Positions 36,901-50,855 of a DNA stretch of 64,000 bases are shown here, piece by piece. How positions within the stretch are numbered: the stretch's first letter is position 1; every line of letters starts with the position of its first letter. The position numbers and the translations under genes were made by a program. The notes beneath the pieces were generated by a model. The model saw nothing but the letters and a program-made list of their open reading frames with translations. It was not told the origin of the DNA and made no database searches. Origin of the DNA: Podarcis vaucheri (Eukaryota); assembly GCA_965113315.1 (NCBI GenBank), contig OZ220376.1; one strand, 5' to 3'.

Positions 36901-38156
36901 CCAATTGCTGTCCAAAATTCATTCTCATTCTCTCTCTCTTGGGATAGGAAACAAATTTGAACCTGCCCCTTCCCTTCATACCCCAATCTGTGTAGATGAA
37001 TGTTTTCCCCATGTAGCATCCAGGCTTCCATCTTGCCTTTGCCTTATGCTGTCAGTCAGTAAAACAACTTGTGAACCACACTGATGCTACTACAGATCCT
37101 CTGATGTCCTGCTGCTTCTCTTGTGCAGCAGCTTTTGGTTACCTGTCAGCATGGTAAAGTCTCTAGTACCCAAATGTATCCATACAGTTTTGGGGGGAAA
37201 AGTACCTGCCATGGGATTGACTTGAACAAGGTATATTCCAATGTCTTTTGTGTTGGTTTGTAATAAACCTGGAGCCATTGTTTAACCCAGTCACCTAATC
37301 TCTTCTGCAATCTGTTTGCAATAAAGTTGTTTTTTTTTAAAAAAAAAATATGATGTCAACATTTTGTTCAGCTGCTTTTATTTGCTGCGGAATAACTATT
37401 ACCATATTTCACTTCAGACATGAGGAAATAATTCTGGCCCAGCAATGAAGACATACTCCAGTTCAGTTTGTATACTTGTGCACATGCTAGAACAATCCCA
37501 GAAGCAAAAACAATAGCATGAGACACAGTAGATGGCAACAAATGGGGGGGGGATATGTATTGGAAGGGTATAGACTGCTCTGATGCAAATTGTCAATTTA
37601 GGAGGGATTTTCTTCCATATCAGGCTAGTGATTCTTCATTGTTGCTTTTACATTAGTAGCAACTGAATGTTAAATTTTAAAATCTTCCGCATCAGTTTGT
37701 AGCTGAATTGTAGCTGTATTTGTAGCTGAAACTCCTTAGATTTTTTTTTTTTACAAGTTCACCAAGCATAATAAAATGCCCCTTCATATTTTTCGCACTT
37801 CCAGCAAACATTGGGAACACCTTTATACATTCTAAATAATTTAACCATGTTTACTCTTGGCACATGTTAACATCTTGTTCCATCTTTATATCTTTCTTAT
37901 ATGGGCTATTCAGTTAGAAATGTATACATACACCCCAGGCTGAGCTTCAGTTAGATGATATTCAGTATATACTGTTGTATGATTCTTCTAATACATTGCA
38001 TTTCTCTCCATTAAAATGGCAGTTTGTGTAAAGATAGCTGCACCAGTATCTTCACTTTGCAAATTGTGAATGGGTATAAACCAGAAATATTTAAATTATA
38101 TATAATTGGTAGGATCTTATTTGAAGAATTTAGTTAAATAGATGAAGGAGGGGGGA

Positions 38157-38158
<2 letters not shown>

Positions 38159-38200
<42 letters not shown>
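38159..38200. repeat. (GA)n microsatellite
   Basis: Perfect GA run of ~21 units. Confidence 0.98.
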
Positions 38201-38203
<3 letters not shown>

Positions 38204-38829
38204 GTGTTTACTATGATTTAGGGATTCATCCAGTGTATTACAAGGAATTAGAGTATTTAGACATTTACAGCTTCTTAACAGATTCAATTTGTGCTGGAGA
38301 TAATTGAAGTCTTTCCAAAGCTGTGTGCATCCCTAACATGCACAGAAAAGGACAGCTTACCATAACTCTCAAGGGCTCAGTAAAAGGCATGGTTCCTCAA
38401 GGATTTTGCAGAATGATATAGAACAATGCAGTCTAGCTGTTCAGAGATCTCATTAGCATTTCACTAGTATAACAAATTGAGGTGATTGTCCTTCCATTTT
38501 TTCTCCATGAAATGCAGTACTCTCTGAATTTGTTCTTCTGCCTAATTAATGACCTATGGATTGCAAGGTGTTTGGAAGAGTTATATTGCATGTCTCCAGT
38601 CATTCTACACTGCTTTCTTTAAATTTGCAACCACTATCTTCAATAATTCTTCATAATGTCTGGATAGGATTAATATTTTGTTTCCAAATCAGAATTGCGA
38701 GTGGTAATATGCTTTAGTGGACCAGCTCAACACATATAATTTGTGAGTAGGTTCAGATGATTTCTGATTCTTTTTATAACTTTCAGTTCTTATTTGAGGA
38801 AATGTTTTCTGTTCCAGGTTCTACCTAGA

Positions 38830-39193
38830 ACTCAGACATAAGGTCTCCACAGATATGAGCAGGACCCTCCTGCAGATCTCTATATTTCCAATGATCCTGA
38901 TGAGTCAATAGGTCTGGACTGTGTTATAGCTTTCAACATTCCCAGCTCCTCCAGAGCTACTGGAGTAGAGGAAATTGTGAACCAAGGAGGAACCTTGGAG
39001 CATCACTAAAGTACCGTAAAAAGCAACTTGGAAGGAGGAAGAAGTGCATGGAAACATGTGCTTTGAGCAGAACTTGAGTGAGAGCCAGGAAGGGGCAAAG
39101 GCCTTATATAAGTTGCCACTCTGAGGTGCTTCATTACTGAAGCAACAACTCTTATCTCAGCTCTAGACTTCCTAAGCTGTCTCTTTTGAGACA
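38830..39193 (+). mobile_element. Possible LTR remnant
   Basis: Purine-rich body, then ttatataag and gcaacaac, as in the 54070 LTR; termini not resolved. Confidence 0.3.
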
Positions 39194-39201
39194 CTAGTTG
39201 C

Positions 39202-39621
39202 CAGGGTCAGCCTAACACATTTTGGCAACTGAGGCAATCCACAAAATGGTGCCTCCATCTGCCAGGGAAGAAGGGAGTGAAGATCTACATTAGGAACAAG
39301 GGAGGGATCAAATCAACTTTACCCAATGGCTGAACTGGGAATCAATGGTGGGTGCAGACCTCAGAGGGCAGCCCCCACCATTTCCTCTGTGGGGGTGGGA
39401 GGAGAACACCAGTGCCTTCTATCTGCCAAGAGGCCACTGTGGAGGCAGCACTGGGGTGGGCTACTGAGGAAGCAGCAGATCCAACCCCCAAAGAGTGTGC
39501 TGCAGCCGCTGCTGGCACTATGTCAGCAGTGACAGGTGGTGCGTTTCCAGATCGGCTGCCTCTGTGGATCCTTCAACCTGAGGTAGTCACCTCACCTTGC
39601 CTCATGGGCAGGCCAGCCCTG
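39202..39621. mobile_element. Non-autonomous hAT element
   Basis: TIRs cagggtcagcct / aggccagccctg and perfect 8-bp TSD ctagttgc (39194-39201 / 39622-39629). Confidence 0.8.
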
Positions 39622-40792
39622 CTAGTTGCCACAAGGTGTGCCGCTGTTTATTTGTTAAAATTATTCCTATCCTGTTTTTCATTGCAAGCAATTTCAGAGG
39701 GGGTTTACAAACTTATGTTACATTTAGCACACACTGTGGGAATTTAGGTGGGCTGTATGGTCCTGTGAGAGGCTGGTCAATGTGATGGGTGGGGAGTGAG
39801 ATGGGTTTCAACCATAGCCAATGCCATATAATATTCCCTTGTGCACAAAACTGAACTCAGGTGCATCAGTTAAAAAAAACAAAGATCTTCTGACAGCAGT
39901 GCATAAATAGTAATCAGAAGGACCCTACAGAGAATATGCATAACAAACAAGGCCATCATTCAAATACTAGGACTGTTATCTATTTGGTGTGAGAGAGAAA
40001 ATGAAGACCATATCTTGATTTGTAGCTGACCCTTACTGCTCCTGATGTATTCTTTCAAAACTCATAATATCCTTTTACAAGTATTGTGCTTTAACAGGGT
40101 TTGTGCAAATCATGGTGTTGTAAATATGTCCTAGGGGACATCTGTAAACACATCAACAAGTGTCTGCTTTTCTATGGAGATCTGATTACCATGCTGAAAT
40201 TACAAACAGCATAGACACAGTTACAATAATGGTTACAAGCGCTCTTTGGATCTGAAATTTCATAAATTTCATTTTGGAGCAAGAGGTCCCCAAGGGCTGG
40301 TTAGATTTATTTAATTACGTTGTACAAGACTTGGGTAATAGTTTTAGATCAAAGTATAAAAATCCACTTCGAGGCAAATTTAAAACATAATTCAAAGTGG
40401 TAGATCGCTCAGTTTGTCAGCATTTGCTCTCTGGCAAAATTTATAAAGATAGGTGTGGAACTAAAAGTATACAGATTTCAACCATTTTATTATAGGGGTT
40501 AAAAAAATAAAAATAAAAAATACCACTGATTATTATTATTTTCCCCACAGCACAAGGTGGTATTGCAATGCTAGCAGTGAAACAAAGCAAAACTCTTCCT
40601 TGCTACCACAGTCATATAATATTAACCCTTTTGCAAGCAAGAAGGAATCTTGCTATTTATTTTTATTATGGGAAAAGCTATAGCAGATTGATTAAATTAT
40701 TTATAAATAATTCTGTTTTGCTAAAGATATGCCAGATATTTTATTTTTCATCAGACATGAAATTTATTTCCTGGTTTTATAAATACATATTC

Positions 40793-40882
40793 TGGGGTGT
40801 AAAATTTATGCACACTTATTTAGAAGTAAGCCCCACTGAATGCAATGCAATATATTTAAAAACACACATAGGATTGCACTGT
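40793..40882. mobile_element. Short palindromic squamate MITE
   Basis: gggtgtaaaatttatgcacacttatttagaagtaagcccc..cataggattgcact; related decayed copies near 26177, 26695, 29810, 46294 and 51325. Confidence 0.5.
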
Positions 40883-41394
40883 TAAGCATACAGAAATTGT
40901 TGGCTAAACTACTAGACATCAGTGTAGACTTCAGAAGATCTTAAGTCTGTGGTTTCCATACATCCTGTTACCTTTTCTCTCTTGTTCTTCCTTATTCAGT
41001 TCCCTTTAAAATTTTGCACCAGAATTCTTTTGTTGGCTCAGCAGTGGATTTCTCTCTCTCCCTGGTGCTTGGCAGAACTTGGATTTAGTTGAAGCAGAGG
41101 CTGTCTCTCCGCATAGCTCTTGTAAAACTCTGTGATCCATTCAGGAAATAAGTCACCAATAATCTTTTCTACAATACAAAATGGTTGCTTTTGAGCTCAA
41201 GTCAAGTGATAATACTGCTGAATTGTGCCTCAAAATGTCAGTCAATACATTTCAGTATATTTTTGGGAAAAAATTGCCTTATTGGGAAACCAGGAGAAAC
41301 ACCAAATACTACAGTTCAAATGTATTTCTTAAAATAACAAAGCATTACACTTGAGGACAAATAACTGTCAGCTCTAATGTTGAGTGTTCTGTTG

Positions 41395-41470
41395 AGCTGT
41401 GTTTTTATATTGTAAACTGCCCTGTGGTCCTCGGATGCAGGGTGGTATAGAAATTAATTAAATAAATAAA
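41395..41470 (+). mobile_element. L2 3' terminus
   Basis: tttttatattgtaaactgccctgtggtcctcggatgcagggtggtatagaaattaattaaataaataaa. Confidence 0.65.
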
Positions 41471-43346
41471 CTACCTCAGATTTTAAATGTGAATATACTT
41501 TCTTAAAAGACATAATCACACGAGGGTCTCATGATGCTGAGTTGAATTGCACCATCAACAAGATGTCTCCCAACCCTCCAGAGCAGGTCTGTGGGAGGCG
41601 GGGGGGGGGGAGGGAAAGCCCTGTTATGTTAGTGAGTGACCTTGTGCTGGTTTCAGCCTTGTGCTGGTGTGTGTGCACTGCGTCATGTGATTAATTCTGT
41701 GGGGCGGGGCTTACCTGGGCCCCCACAATATTTTATTCAAGTTGGCACCCTTGCCTTCCCCTATGCAAGTAAATGGGAGGATCTCCACTGTGTTGCCGAG
41801 AATCCATGTAGGGAGAAGCAGAAACCCACCCACCATCAATTACTCTTAGGGTGAGAGGGCACTTCTTGGGGGGGGACATTTATTTCAGTACAGTCTGTTC
41901 TGTGCATTTATGCTATTTCCCCCCTGAAGCCTTCCCCTGTGATATCTATTGTACCCATCCCCGAATGGTAATGTTTGCCATTGTGGAAGAACCACTGTGA
42001 CCATCATTCTCAAATTTGACATGCTTCGTCCCTTCAGAAGGGGTGACTATGCCTGCAAGTATCAGCTTATTTTGGCAAAAGATGAAAACGTTTTCTGGCA
42101 GAAGATGAAACCCCCCTAGAAGTACCGGTATCTGGCTACAATTTGGCAGGCTTAATCCATTATTGATGAGCCACTATTCCTGAAAATTTCATATGCTTTT
42201 GTGAAAAGGTAAGGGAATCCATATTTATTTTCCCCATTATCTAATTTGGTCCCAAATAACAAGGCAATTTAGAAAGACACAGCTCTGAAACAGATCAGGC
42301 TGCCTCCCAAAGCTACAGATGCAAATCAAATCTTGTGGCACATGTATTGTATACCCCTAGTTTTTGCACCTCATATTGGAAGCAGTTCATTTTGAATTAG
42401 AGTGAGTTAAGTGAGATATTCATGCAAAACTAAATTGGCTTAGGCTAAATGGATATCTATTACTTTGGGATAGAAAAGGTAAACTATCATTTAGCCTGCA
42501 TTTCCACTCACTTTTGGTGATCTCTCTGTGCTCAGAAACTCCTGAAATCTTTCCAACTGCTTACCTCAAATGAGAATTGCAAAAAGTGAGTTGGTTAGGG
42601 CATCTCCCACCTCTGTAAATTAATGGGCATCTCTCTGCTAGCCCATTCCAAACCGACCTATCAGGCACCCCTGTGCATCGGGACCCAGGAGAAGCACCTT
42701 AATAGCAGGAAGAATAATACGACAATTCATTGCTGGAAAACAAAGGTGTCTACTCTCCTTTGCAATCCAGTTTCTGTTGTCAAGTTAATAACCTTTCATT
42801 TCCAAATAGACAGAGATGTATAAGAATTTCATACTCTGTTTCAGATTCATAATAGGTACATTTTAATATGCCCATCAAAAGTAAATTAGAGTATAAGCAA
42901 ATATTCAGGTACTGAAATTCTTGCACAGTTTGAATAAGTCCCCATCAAGGAAATGATTTCTTAACAAACTCCAAGAATTTAACTTAATAACACTGATTCA
43001 AGGTATTTAATATTTTTTAAAGCTGCAAATTCATTCTGTTTGAAAGGCTAAACTTAAAGAAATCAGAACTTTAAATATTACAATAAATCCATTAAGAGAA
43101 CTGAGATTATTATTACTGTGTATAAATAACATTGGCACTAAGACAGAAGTATTCATTTTATGTCTAAAATAAAATGCCTTGAACATGACAATTATTTTTG
43201 TTTACTTAAGCTATTTATACACCTCTAGTGTGCCCAGGGTACCCTGATCTCCCTACTGCCCTGCCCTGCTCCCGCTTCATAAGCAGCGTTGACACTAAAG
43301 TTGGTAGGGTGCTTCTATGGCACTGCCCATCATGCAAGGTGCTCCT

Positions 43347-43538
43347 GGTCATAACTCAATAATAGACTATCTGTTGCATGCAGAAGATCCCAGATTCAAT
43401 CCTCAGCATTTCCAGGCAGATTGGTAAAGGTTTCTTGCCTGAAACGACAGGTGAATTCCTGTCAATTGATGTCAACAACACTGAGCTAGATGGACCGTTG
43501 GACTGACTCTATATGAGGCTGTTTCTTATGTTTCTATG
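43347..43538 (+). mobile_element. tRNA-derived SINE with CR1-like tail (Squam2-type)
   Basis: Head ggtcataactcaat..gcatgcagaagatcccagattcaatcc; tail ctgagctagatggacc..ctgactc..cttatgtttctatg. Confidence 0.75.
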
Positions 43539-43875
43539 AACTCAAACATACCGTCCTAATAAATATTGCTTCCATGTCATCCTTATTTTTGCCTTGTTGG
43601 AATGTCATTGGACTAAGCTGATGCAGTTTTCATTCTTCAGAATTCAACTCCCCAGAGCGTCTCAAAGCTAAAATTTAGGTTGAAGAGCCAACATAGCACT
43701 CCTGATATCAGTGCATGAACTTGAACATTAAGGCACCCTGTAGCTCACATCCTGCCACTGTAGTTACTATGGTGCATTCTGAGCCAGTGCATTTTGTCCT
43801 GGTGCAGGACAATTATGTCTTTTAAGTGTATTTTTAACCAAAAAGAACAAGCACCCGCCTGGCTTTTAAATCAAT

Positions 43876-44500
43876 CATCATCAAACCTTTACTGGCATTA
43901 CTTACAAACATTCAGAATAAATGGGCCAATGCGATCTTGTCGCCATTTCAACAGTTACAGTCATTTGCCAAATGGAAGAAGAGACGGGCAATTTATTTCA
44001 CCTCTGTGGGACTCCAGCAAGGGCAGGGTCCTGTAGCGGCAGAAAATCAAATAGAGGAACTTGGCTACTGTCTTGGTGAACTCCTGGTCTCTTCCCTGTA
44101 ATAAGAAGCGTATAACCTCTGTCTCTGGCTTCCATGTTGGGATACATAGGTGGTCTAAGAGTTGTTGGGGAGATCATCATATATTTTACAATTAAGGGCC
44201 ATGTGAGCTAGAGTTTCCAACAGGTGGGCATCACATGGACAGATCCTATCTCCTTCTGCCATACCTGCAAACTTACCCCAAAGGAGGTTAGAAGGATTAC
44301 AATTGAACCTAGCCAGCAAAAAAGCCCTTCTTTCTTGCGGGTTAAATTGTAAATAATTGTAAATAATTAAGGTTGAATTCCTGCACCCAGGAGAGTCAAA
44401 AATAAAGAGGGGAACATGTTTTTTCTGAAGCTGAGATTAGTTCCTGGCGGTCCCACAGCCTAGTTTTTAACATGGCCTTGGCGATTGGAAAAGCCACAGC
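43876..44500 (-). mobile_element. RTE-X-like LINE 3' fragment with CCHC knuckle
   Basis: Minus strand: PQERRAFLLARFNCNPSNLLWGKFAGMAEGDRICPCDAHLLETLAHMALNCKIYDDL..RFLLQGRDQEFTKTVAKFLY; 3' end gtaatgccagtaaaggtttgatgatg; 11-bp TSD tttaaatcaat (43865-43875 / 44501-44511). Confidence 0.8.
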
Positions 44501-45289
44501 TTTAAATCAATGAGCGGCAATTGCAGAGGAAAGGAATACATCACACAATAGAAAAGGCAGAGCAGGGAATGTAGCAGTTTGTGGTAGCATTGAGAGAAGG
44601 ATTCATATCCTTAGTATGACTATTGAGATACTTCAACTATGCCCCTATTTTCATTTGCTTGATATTAAGTTTTATTACCTGAAAGAACTCTGACAGCAAG
44701 TGAATGCTCATGTAACTTGCTATGGAGTTGCTAAGGGTTACAACAAGACGGTCCTGTTATGATGAAGTTCAGCAAAATACTGGTGTTGATGAGCACTTAC
44801 TCATATAAGCTGCTCTGCTGGGATCAGTAACTTTTCATTTTTCACTACATACTTCACACATGCTTACTATGTTTCATCTTGAAACTCCTTACCTTGATCA
44901 CAAACTACCTTTCCACAATTTAGTCAGGGCTCTGTATTTTCCATTGCTTGATTAAAGCAAAGCATTAAACAAAGGAAGCCTGATTTTAGATTTATTCTGT
45001 CTCTCATGTATTTGTGAGCTGCTGATCCATAATGATACTTCACTGGCATTAATTTTTATTTTATTATATCTAATGGAGCAGTCTCTTGCCTTGCCAGAAA
45101 GAATGGAGCTGAATAGTGTTTATAGGCTATTAATTTTTAAATGCCCTAGCAATTTAAGGTGCCATGCAGATACGGTTAATGCCTTTCAGGAAGCCACTGT
45201 TGTGCATTCTCAAGACCACACACATTTGTTAGAGTGACAGTCTTGCAAATCTACCTTCAGGACTGAGTCCAGAGAGTAGCATAGAGAGG

Positions 45290-46040
45290 CTGTCTTTCAG
45301 CAACCTGGCAGCTACACTGTGGGGTGCTGCAGGGACTATCTCTGGTACTACTTAATATCTACATGGAGACGTTGCGAATGGTCCTCAGCAGTTTCAGAGT
45401 GAGGTGCCTTCAGTATGCTGATGACACTCCGCTCTACTACTCCATAATATCTGAATCCGGAGAGGCCACACAGTCCCTGGGGCATTGCCTGAGCACAGTG
45501 GTGAAATGGAAGGGGGAAAATGAGTTTGAACCCCGGCAAGATGGAGGCACTGTGGGTGAGTAGCTCCCACGTCTGAGAAATTGGTCGGTTGCCTACTCTG
45601 GATGGGGGTGCACTCTCCCCGAAGGAGCAGGTTCACAGTTTGGGGGTGCTTCTGGATCCAGTTCCATCACTGGACGCTTAGGTAGTAGAAGTGTGCAGTT
45701 TACTAACTGCCACTGGTTTGACAACTACAGCTGCTCCTGAAGCAGAAAAGCCTTGCCACAATAGCTCATGTATTGCTTATTTCAAGACTGGATTACTGCA
45801 GTGCACTTTATGCAGGGCTTCCCTTGCGCTTGATTGGGAGGTTGCAAGTTACTGCAGAATACTGTCCCCCTGTCAGCTTATAACACCTGTGCTCAGAGAT
45901 CAGCACTGGATGCCAGTCTGCTACCAGGCCAGGTTCAAGGTGTTACTGTTAGTATACAAAGCCCTTCATAACTTGGGATCTGTTGCCTCTGAGATCACCT
46001 TACCCAACATGTGCCCACTCAACCTCTTCAGTTGGTGAAA
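45290..46040 (+). mobile_element. L2 LINE RT/C-terminal fragment
   Basis: GVLQG..LLNIYMETL..CLQYADDTPLY..; later HITP-like LITPVLRDQHWMPVCYQARFKVLLLVYKALHNLG. Confidence 0.88.
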
Positions 46041-49000
46041 TTGGTACTAAAGCCCTGGTTTCAGGAGAGCTACTGCCAGAACAGTACAGTTTCACCAGAA
46101 AGTTTCCCTCCATTCCTAATGGAAGGACCGGAGGGCTCCTGACCTCTAAATGACTTCCTGACCTCTAAATGACTTCCGTTTCATGAGAGTGAAGGTGCAG
46201 GTGGGCAGACATGAAGCTACTTACAAGGAGGTACGGGGAGTGCTCTGCGCTTGGATCTTGCTCTGCTGCCACAATCTGCCCCATAGAAATATGGGGATTG
46301 TATCCAAACTCAGAGTAGACAAATTAACATTATTAACTTAGGTCTATTTAATTTTAATCAGTCTATTCTTAGAAAAACTTAGTTGGGATGCAAGCTACAG
46401 AAATTGCACTGGACAGAATATATTCTTTCGACCACCTCAACATGCCACCTACTCACATAACTCCCCCCCCCCAGCTAAAAAGCAAGCGTTCGGGCTGTGT
46501 GTGAGAGAGAACGTGCATAGACAGATTTTTCTTTTTCTTTTTTATTTCATTTCATTTTTAATTGGTATACTGTCTTTCTACATTGCCACACACAAGGCAA
46601 AACCACAAAATATACAACACAGATCACACATCCTGCAACAATCTGATCCAATGCAAATAAAACACGATGAAAAGATATGACATGAGAGGCTACAAGAGGT
46701 AACTTCAGTTCCCTTGTATGGGATCTCCAAAATCTGGAGCCAGCCCTAATTAAAAACCAGGAATGGTGTAACAGAAAATGATCGACACAAGGGTCTCAAA
46801 ATGTACACAATGTTTCATCAAATTTGATTGTTACATAAAAGTGGCTCCAAGTGTTTTTCAGAAGTAAAACTTTTCTGTAACTGCAGAGTCAGGTTGAATT
46901 CTTGGCTGGCCTAGGCAAGTGACAAGTGAGCTTTTTGGAGATAGCTAAGTGGCCCTTTGCTGAACAGAGAAGGGAAAGTTTATATGAGGTCTTATTTCTG
47001 TCTGATAAGTGCTGTATGTAGCATAATGTAAAACTCTTGACTGAAGGAAATCCCAGGTGTAGTTTCCCTCAGATATGAGATCACAAGAGATTTGTGGTGC
47101 CTCTGTCATATTTTGCTTTATTTACAAATATGCAAGCTAGAATTTGTGGACACAAACTGGCGCTCCTATGAGGCAGGCTCAAAGACAGCAATTTGGACAT
47201 ATCTTTCCCAAGACTGCACCCCAATTAGGGTCTGCTAAAAACTCTCATCTCATTCCTTCTCTCTGTTTGTTTTTTCTGCGGGCTTTCTGGTTTCCACATG
47301 CAGGCCTTACACCTAACTCTTCTCCCAAGCTCCATGTAAAATCTAAAGACTAGTTTTTCATTTCTTAAAAGTTCCATAAATATTCTACTTTGCAGCTCAA
47401 ATTTCTGTTTCTTGACCGATTGCTATTTCTGACTATAAAACGTGCATGGAGGAGCACAAAATAATCTGCCATTAAAACCACAAAGTTGAAAAAAAAATTG
47501 AGCCTAGTAAAACACCAGTACAACTGTCATATAAATATGCATTATTTTTAGTGTATTTTTTGGAATTAGTTTAAGGTGGGGGGAACGGTGCCTAACCCTG
47601 ATTTTATTTTTAACTAGCTTCTGATGAAGAGTATCTCAAATGATACTGGGAAACACGTCATTTACAACTTTTGATATGAAGACATGTGTTACAAATGAGA
47701 ATAAAGTACCCCAAGAATGCAACAAAAGCAACACTGATCAGTCAACCACTCAATGCTCTTCTCTGAAGCTGACTCTGGAGATAGGATTAGAACGTCTGCA
47801 AAACAATGCTTCAAATAGCCATCTTACTAAGTTGTCTTAGAAGGATACCACCGCCAATAGTATCAAAACCTGCTGAAAGATCAAGTAAAAATAACAGGGT
47901 TGCATTTTCCCTGTCCTCTTAATAAAGGTCATCCATCAGGGTGACTGGGGCCAGTTCACTTCAGGAACCAGGCCTCAAACCAGATTGAAATGGGTCAAGA
48001 TAATCAGTTTCATCCAAGAATATTAGTGTGTACCAAAGTGTTTCATTTGGCCTGTTTTTACTCCACCCCCCTTACAAACTCTTCTGGCTTCTGTAGCCAA
48101 CAACAATTTGCATTTTGTCTTATATAGCAAACTGGCCAAGTCTAATCTAGGGGGGGGGGGAATTGGCGCAAGACACCAATGTTTTTGGCACCAGACAGAA
48201 TTACATGGACTTCCAAGGTCAAACTTAATCTTGAAAATGCAAGCATTTCTAGGTGAATTGAGTTGGATGGGAAGTCGTGTATGCCCCTTCTGTATTTTAA
48301 ATAAGATCTGGGGAACAAGATGTGCTAGGATTTTTTGTACTTTCTGAACAAAAAAAAATTATATAGTTCTGTTTTTAACTTGGTGGATCATTGGTAGAAG
48401 ACCAAATTCTTGGCAGTTCTCTCCCCCACCAATAAATTTAAATAGCCTCATTTCCAGATATTGTGATGGTAAAACATATGGAAATAACAATGAAGCTGCT
48501 GTTAGGAGCTTTTACCTATATTCATTTTATAATAGAATTTTGATTTACTCCTCAGACATTACCAATAGTTTTAAGCTTTTGTGATATTAAGTCTCCTGCA
48601 TTTCTCTCATTTAAGCTGTTTTTCTATTATTTCAATTTTCCCTTGATAAAAAGGTGCTTCTATAAACATAGTTGACAGTAACTTTATGGGATCAATTTCA
48701 TTTTTAAATCTCTCTTGAGAGGTACTTAGCATTTTGTAGCATGACTTCTGAAGAATGCATCACCTTAGAAATTCAAGCACCATGTCTATCCATTTTGACT
48801 TCCAATAGTTGTAGCTGCCAGAATGCATTTAAGTTCAATTATGTTTGAACTGCACCAACACTGCAAGATTCTCTAGTGACAGACATTAGGCTGGATACAA
48901 GAGTGATAATGATAGTCCTAGAAAAAGACAAGGGTGCAACACTGGTGGAATCTGGAAAGATCAGTAGTGCTGTTAAAAATGCATTTAGGGCAGTCTGCTT

Positions 49001-49090
49001 GATGGCATCAAGCAAATTATGCTGCCCTGGGCTCTTTGGGGAGGAAGGGCAGAATATAAATTTAGTAAATGTATAAATGCAGCATGTGGA

Positions 49091-49154
49091 AGAATCATAG
49101 AATTGTAGAGTTGGAAGGGACCCCGAGGGTCATCTAGTCCAACCTCCTGCAATG
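49091..49154 (-). mobile_element. CR1 extreme 3' end
   Basis: agaatcatagaattgtagagttggaagggaccccgagggtcatctagtccaacc, the same terminus as at 33384. Confidence 0.85.
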
Positions 49155-49262
49155 AGTGTTTCTGTCCTGCTTGTGGGCTTCCCAGAGGCATCTAGCTGGG
49201 CACTGCAAGGAACAGGATGCTGGATTACATAGGGATTTGGTCTGATCCAGCTGCAGGGCTCG
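49155..49262 (+). mobile_element. CR1-type 3'UTR fragment
   Basis: gtcctgcttgtgggcttcccagaggcatctagctgggcactg..aacaggatgctgga..ggtctgatccag; same family as 175-392. Confidence 0.7.
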
Positions 49263-50400
49263 TCTGAAGAAACCATGAAAATATATAATAAGGGAGGAAC
49301 AACAGTGACCCTTGACTTGGCTGTAGCCCAGCAGCAAAAAGTGTGACACTCACACGTGGTGGCAGCAGAGTGCCATCTTGTTTGGAAAACCCTAGTGAGG
49401 AAAGGCCCATGGGGCCAATAGAGCACCTAAGAGCATCTTTTAAATTTGCATTCCAATGCTACCAATGTCAAGTCTGTTCAATACAAAGAAGAATTTGAGT
49501 TCCTGTGATCTGTATTGCTTGGGAGGGAAGCAACATTTCAAGAGGTAGAAAATAAATAGCATTGATTTCAAAGGATGAAAAAGAATGAGGAATTGTTTAC
49601 AGGAAAATTCCTGGGCTCCCCAGGGAACCAGTGGGCTTATCACAGACTTAGCCTTTGAGCATTAGGCAGATGTTGAAACTTTATTTCAATAGATTGGTCG
49701 CTAGCCCAAAATAAAATACATCTTCAAAGCTTTCTAATGTAAAAGTACTCAGTTACATGTTTGATATGAAACCAAGTATTAAACAAAATTGTAGAATTTG
49801 TAATCACTCCATTTGGGATCAAAATAATTACTTTCACTGAACTCAAATATTTATTTGTCCCCTATGGTGCTTTGGTTTTAAGAAAATTTAAAAAATTTGA
49901 ACAGATCCCAGTTACTCTTGAAATAATTCAATTCCAAAAGTAATTTGCCATGCACAGTGAAATACAAGCCCATTCATTTTCTTGAGTTATGTGGTTATTC
50001 AGATCCTGGCCCAATGTAATATTAATTCTTTGTAGTAACTTTAAATAGAGACATCTTTATTTATTTTGCATATTTCATAAATTTATATACAAACAAACAA
50101 ACCCCAAAACCATTAAAGCTGTTTACAAAAAGACATGAAACATCTTTTTGGATAGTACTTTAAATTTGATGTTTTTAATTTTGTATTCTGTATCCTTTTA
50201 CAATTGTAAGTCACTTTGAGACATTTTATGCAACAATTGGTGAAAAAATGCAGTAAATAAAAATAATTTATTAGTGATGTGTTGAAGGGAAATCTATAAA
50301 AAACTATAATGATATTGTTCAATGAAAAGGGTAATCTGGAATGTGCATGAAACTACCACATCCGTTTTTCTTTTTGAAAATATATTTTATTTATTGTAAT

Positions 50401-50855
50401 AAGGTAAAGGATCCCTGGACGGTTAAGTCCAGTCAAAGGCAACTATGGAGTTGCGTCGCTCATCTCACTTTCAGGGCGAGGGAGCCGGCGTTTGTCCACA
50501 GATAGCTTTCCAGGTCATGTGGCCAGCATGACTAAATGGCTTCTGGCACAACAGAACCATAGCTGTCAACTTTTTCCTTTTCTTCTGAGGAATCCTATTT
50601 GGAATAAGGGAATTTATCTTTAAAAAAGGGAAACGTCGACAGCTATGAACAGAACACTGTGACAGAAACCAGAGTGCATGGAAACACCGTTTACCTTCCT
50701 CCACAGCGGTACCCATTTATCTACTTGCACTGGTGTGCTTTCAAGCTGCAAGGGAGGCAGGAGCTGGGACAGAGCAACGGGAGCTCACCCCGTTAGCGGA
50801 TTTGAACTGTCAACCTTCTGATCGGCAAGCCCAAGAGGCTCAGTGCTTTAGACCA
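50401..50855 (-). mobile_element. Sauria SINE (older subfamily) interrupted by a MITE
   Basis: aaggtaaagg tail and a body colinear with 8701-8999 apart from a 90-bp insert; the first ~20 nt of the head are missing. Confidence 0.9.
50558..50647. mobile_element. 90-bp hAT micro-MITE
   Basis: TIRs catagctgtcaac / gtcgacagctatg (12/13) and perfect 8-bp TSD aacagaac (50550-57 / 50648-55). Confidence 0.9.

Noticed and set aside
41929-42208. Exon-like segment ending aag|gtaagg
   Set aside because: No continuous open frame or recognisable domain.
43991-44098. Apparent minus-strand exon (ttacag|GGA...GAG|gtgaaa)
   Set aside because: The peptide is the C-terminus of the RTE-X-like LINE, not a host exon.
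46138-46177. 19-bp tandem duplication (tcctgacctctaaatgact)
   Set aside because: An ordinary local duplication within a decayed repeat.
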